Source: an uncultured Spirochaetota bacterium
Lineage (GTDB): Bacteria; Spirochaetota; Brevinematia; Brevinematales; JAOACQ01
NCBI GenBank assembly: GCA_963783575.1
Contig: CAWAOD010000005.1
Location: 586,189-650,188 of the forward strand
DNA length: 64,000 nucleotides
Direction: 5' to 3'
A program made the position numbers and the translations under genes. Below, in pieces: positions 63,101-64,000 of this stretch. The notes below the pieces were generated by a model. It was not told where the DNA came from. It saw only the letters and a program-made list of their open reading frames with translations, and did not search any database. Numbering within the stretch: the stretch's first letter is position 1; each line of letters starts with the position of its first letter.

Positions 63101-64000
63101 GTGAGTTTGAAACAAGCAACCGTTATTTCGAAGAAAGTTCTGCTATTTTTAAAAAAATTGGCGATTTATGGGAATTAAGCGTGGTTTATCACTGCACGGT
63201 GTTTAATTATATTACCAAGGTAACATTGACAAAGCAATGGAATTTGCCCATTTGAGTCACAATATAAGCAGACAAATAAATGATAGTTTTGGAAAATGTG
63301 GTGATATATCACTTAATATAATAATCGACTACATCAAGGGGGATTATCAATCAGCAATTAGAAACTATGATGAAGTATGGAAAATGATAGAGGAAAACAG
63401 ATTCGATAACCTTAACTATGTTGTAAAAATAAATCTTGGAAATATTTACAGGGAAATGAAAGATTATGACAAGTCCCTAACCTTTCTGAATGAAGCCAGG
63501 GATATCTATGAGAAGAACCACTTCCTTGGGCAATACTCTGTATTTGTTTATTCTTCCCTCGCGGACAGCCTGATAGAAAAGTATAAAAAAAGAGTTGAAT
63601 CAGAATCATACCTTCAAAAAAGCGACATGAAAAAGAATCTAAACGAGATCAGGAAAATCATCAGAAAAGCCCTCCATAAAACAAAATCCTGGCTGGTTCT
63701 TTATACGGAAGCATTGAGAGTGAGCGGCAAATATTACACTTTGACCGGAAAAATACAGAAAGCAGAAAAACTATTTTTACAAAGACGTACCCAACTTGCA
63801 GACCGATAAGGGCACAAAATACGAATCAGGAAAAAGCCATTATGAGTACGCGCTCTTTCTGAAAAACACAGGAAAATTCGGGGAAACCAAAAAAAACCTT
63901 GAATCCGCTTACATTCTTTTCAAGGAAATCGGGTCCGCAGACTATTTAAAAAGGGTTTCCGATATTCTTGGAATTAGTGAAAATGGCCGGGAGGAAGAAG
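60175..64000 (+). CDS. Ser/Thr kinase - AAA/STAND-type NTPase - TPR multidomain signalling protein, with two compensating frameshifts; 3' end off window
   Basis: GEGG, HRDLKPGN, DFG, YMLPE; GEAGKGKT, LLLDDLQW, GNPFF, HDRI; -1 shift near 63210 (YYQGNIDKAMEF), return to the original frame near 63780-63810 (GTKYESGKSHYEYA...) open to the edge. Confidence 0.85.

Overview
AT-rich bacterial chromosomal window with no rRNA, tRNA or CRISPR array detected. Spirochaete-style lipoboxes and Thr/Ser-Asn-rich exported proteins suggest a free-living Spirochaetota, but this is inference only. Contents in order: (1) a 3'-truncated MBL-fold/cNMP-binding gene missed by the ORF track, a GNAT, a ferritin-like protein and gap. 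(2) A ~13 kb cluster with a YnjBCD-like ABC transporter, choline-kinase-like enzyme, TIGR04283/TIGR04282-type glycosyltransferases, sterol-desaturase-family protein, flavin disulfide reductase, TVP38 and two DUF1499 genes. It is interrupted by a complete IS4-family element (16-bp TIRs, 4-bp TSD) inserted in a 24-bp palindrome, whose transposase appears to need a +1 shift at T5C5. (3) Three OmpA/MotB-like lipoproteins. (4) A STAS/RsbW/CBS-PP2C partner-switching module next to PIN-PhoH and a purple acid phosphatase. (5) An AmmeMemoRadiSam operon whose AmrB-A fusion has a lipoprotein signal and whose radical SAM enzyme is membrane-anchored, co-encoded with a membrane polyferredoxin, a DsbD_2-like protein and a membrane spermidine-synthase-like protein; this is the best candidate for an uncharacterised system. 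(6) GGDEF-EAL, tocopherol cyclase/SDR and GntR/DUF5808 genes plus a patch of gene remnants. (7) A glycan-utilisation-like lipoprotein cluster with a LacI-sensor/LuxR regulator, a decayed LacI-HD-GYP gene and a large Ser/Thr kinase-NTPase-TPR gene running off the edge. Several single-base frameshifts may be sequencing indels. All family calls are by motif recognition; no database search was run.
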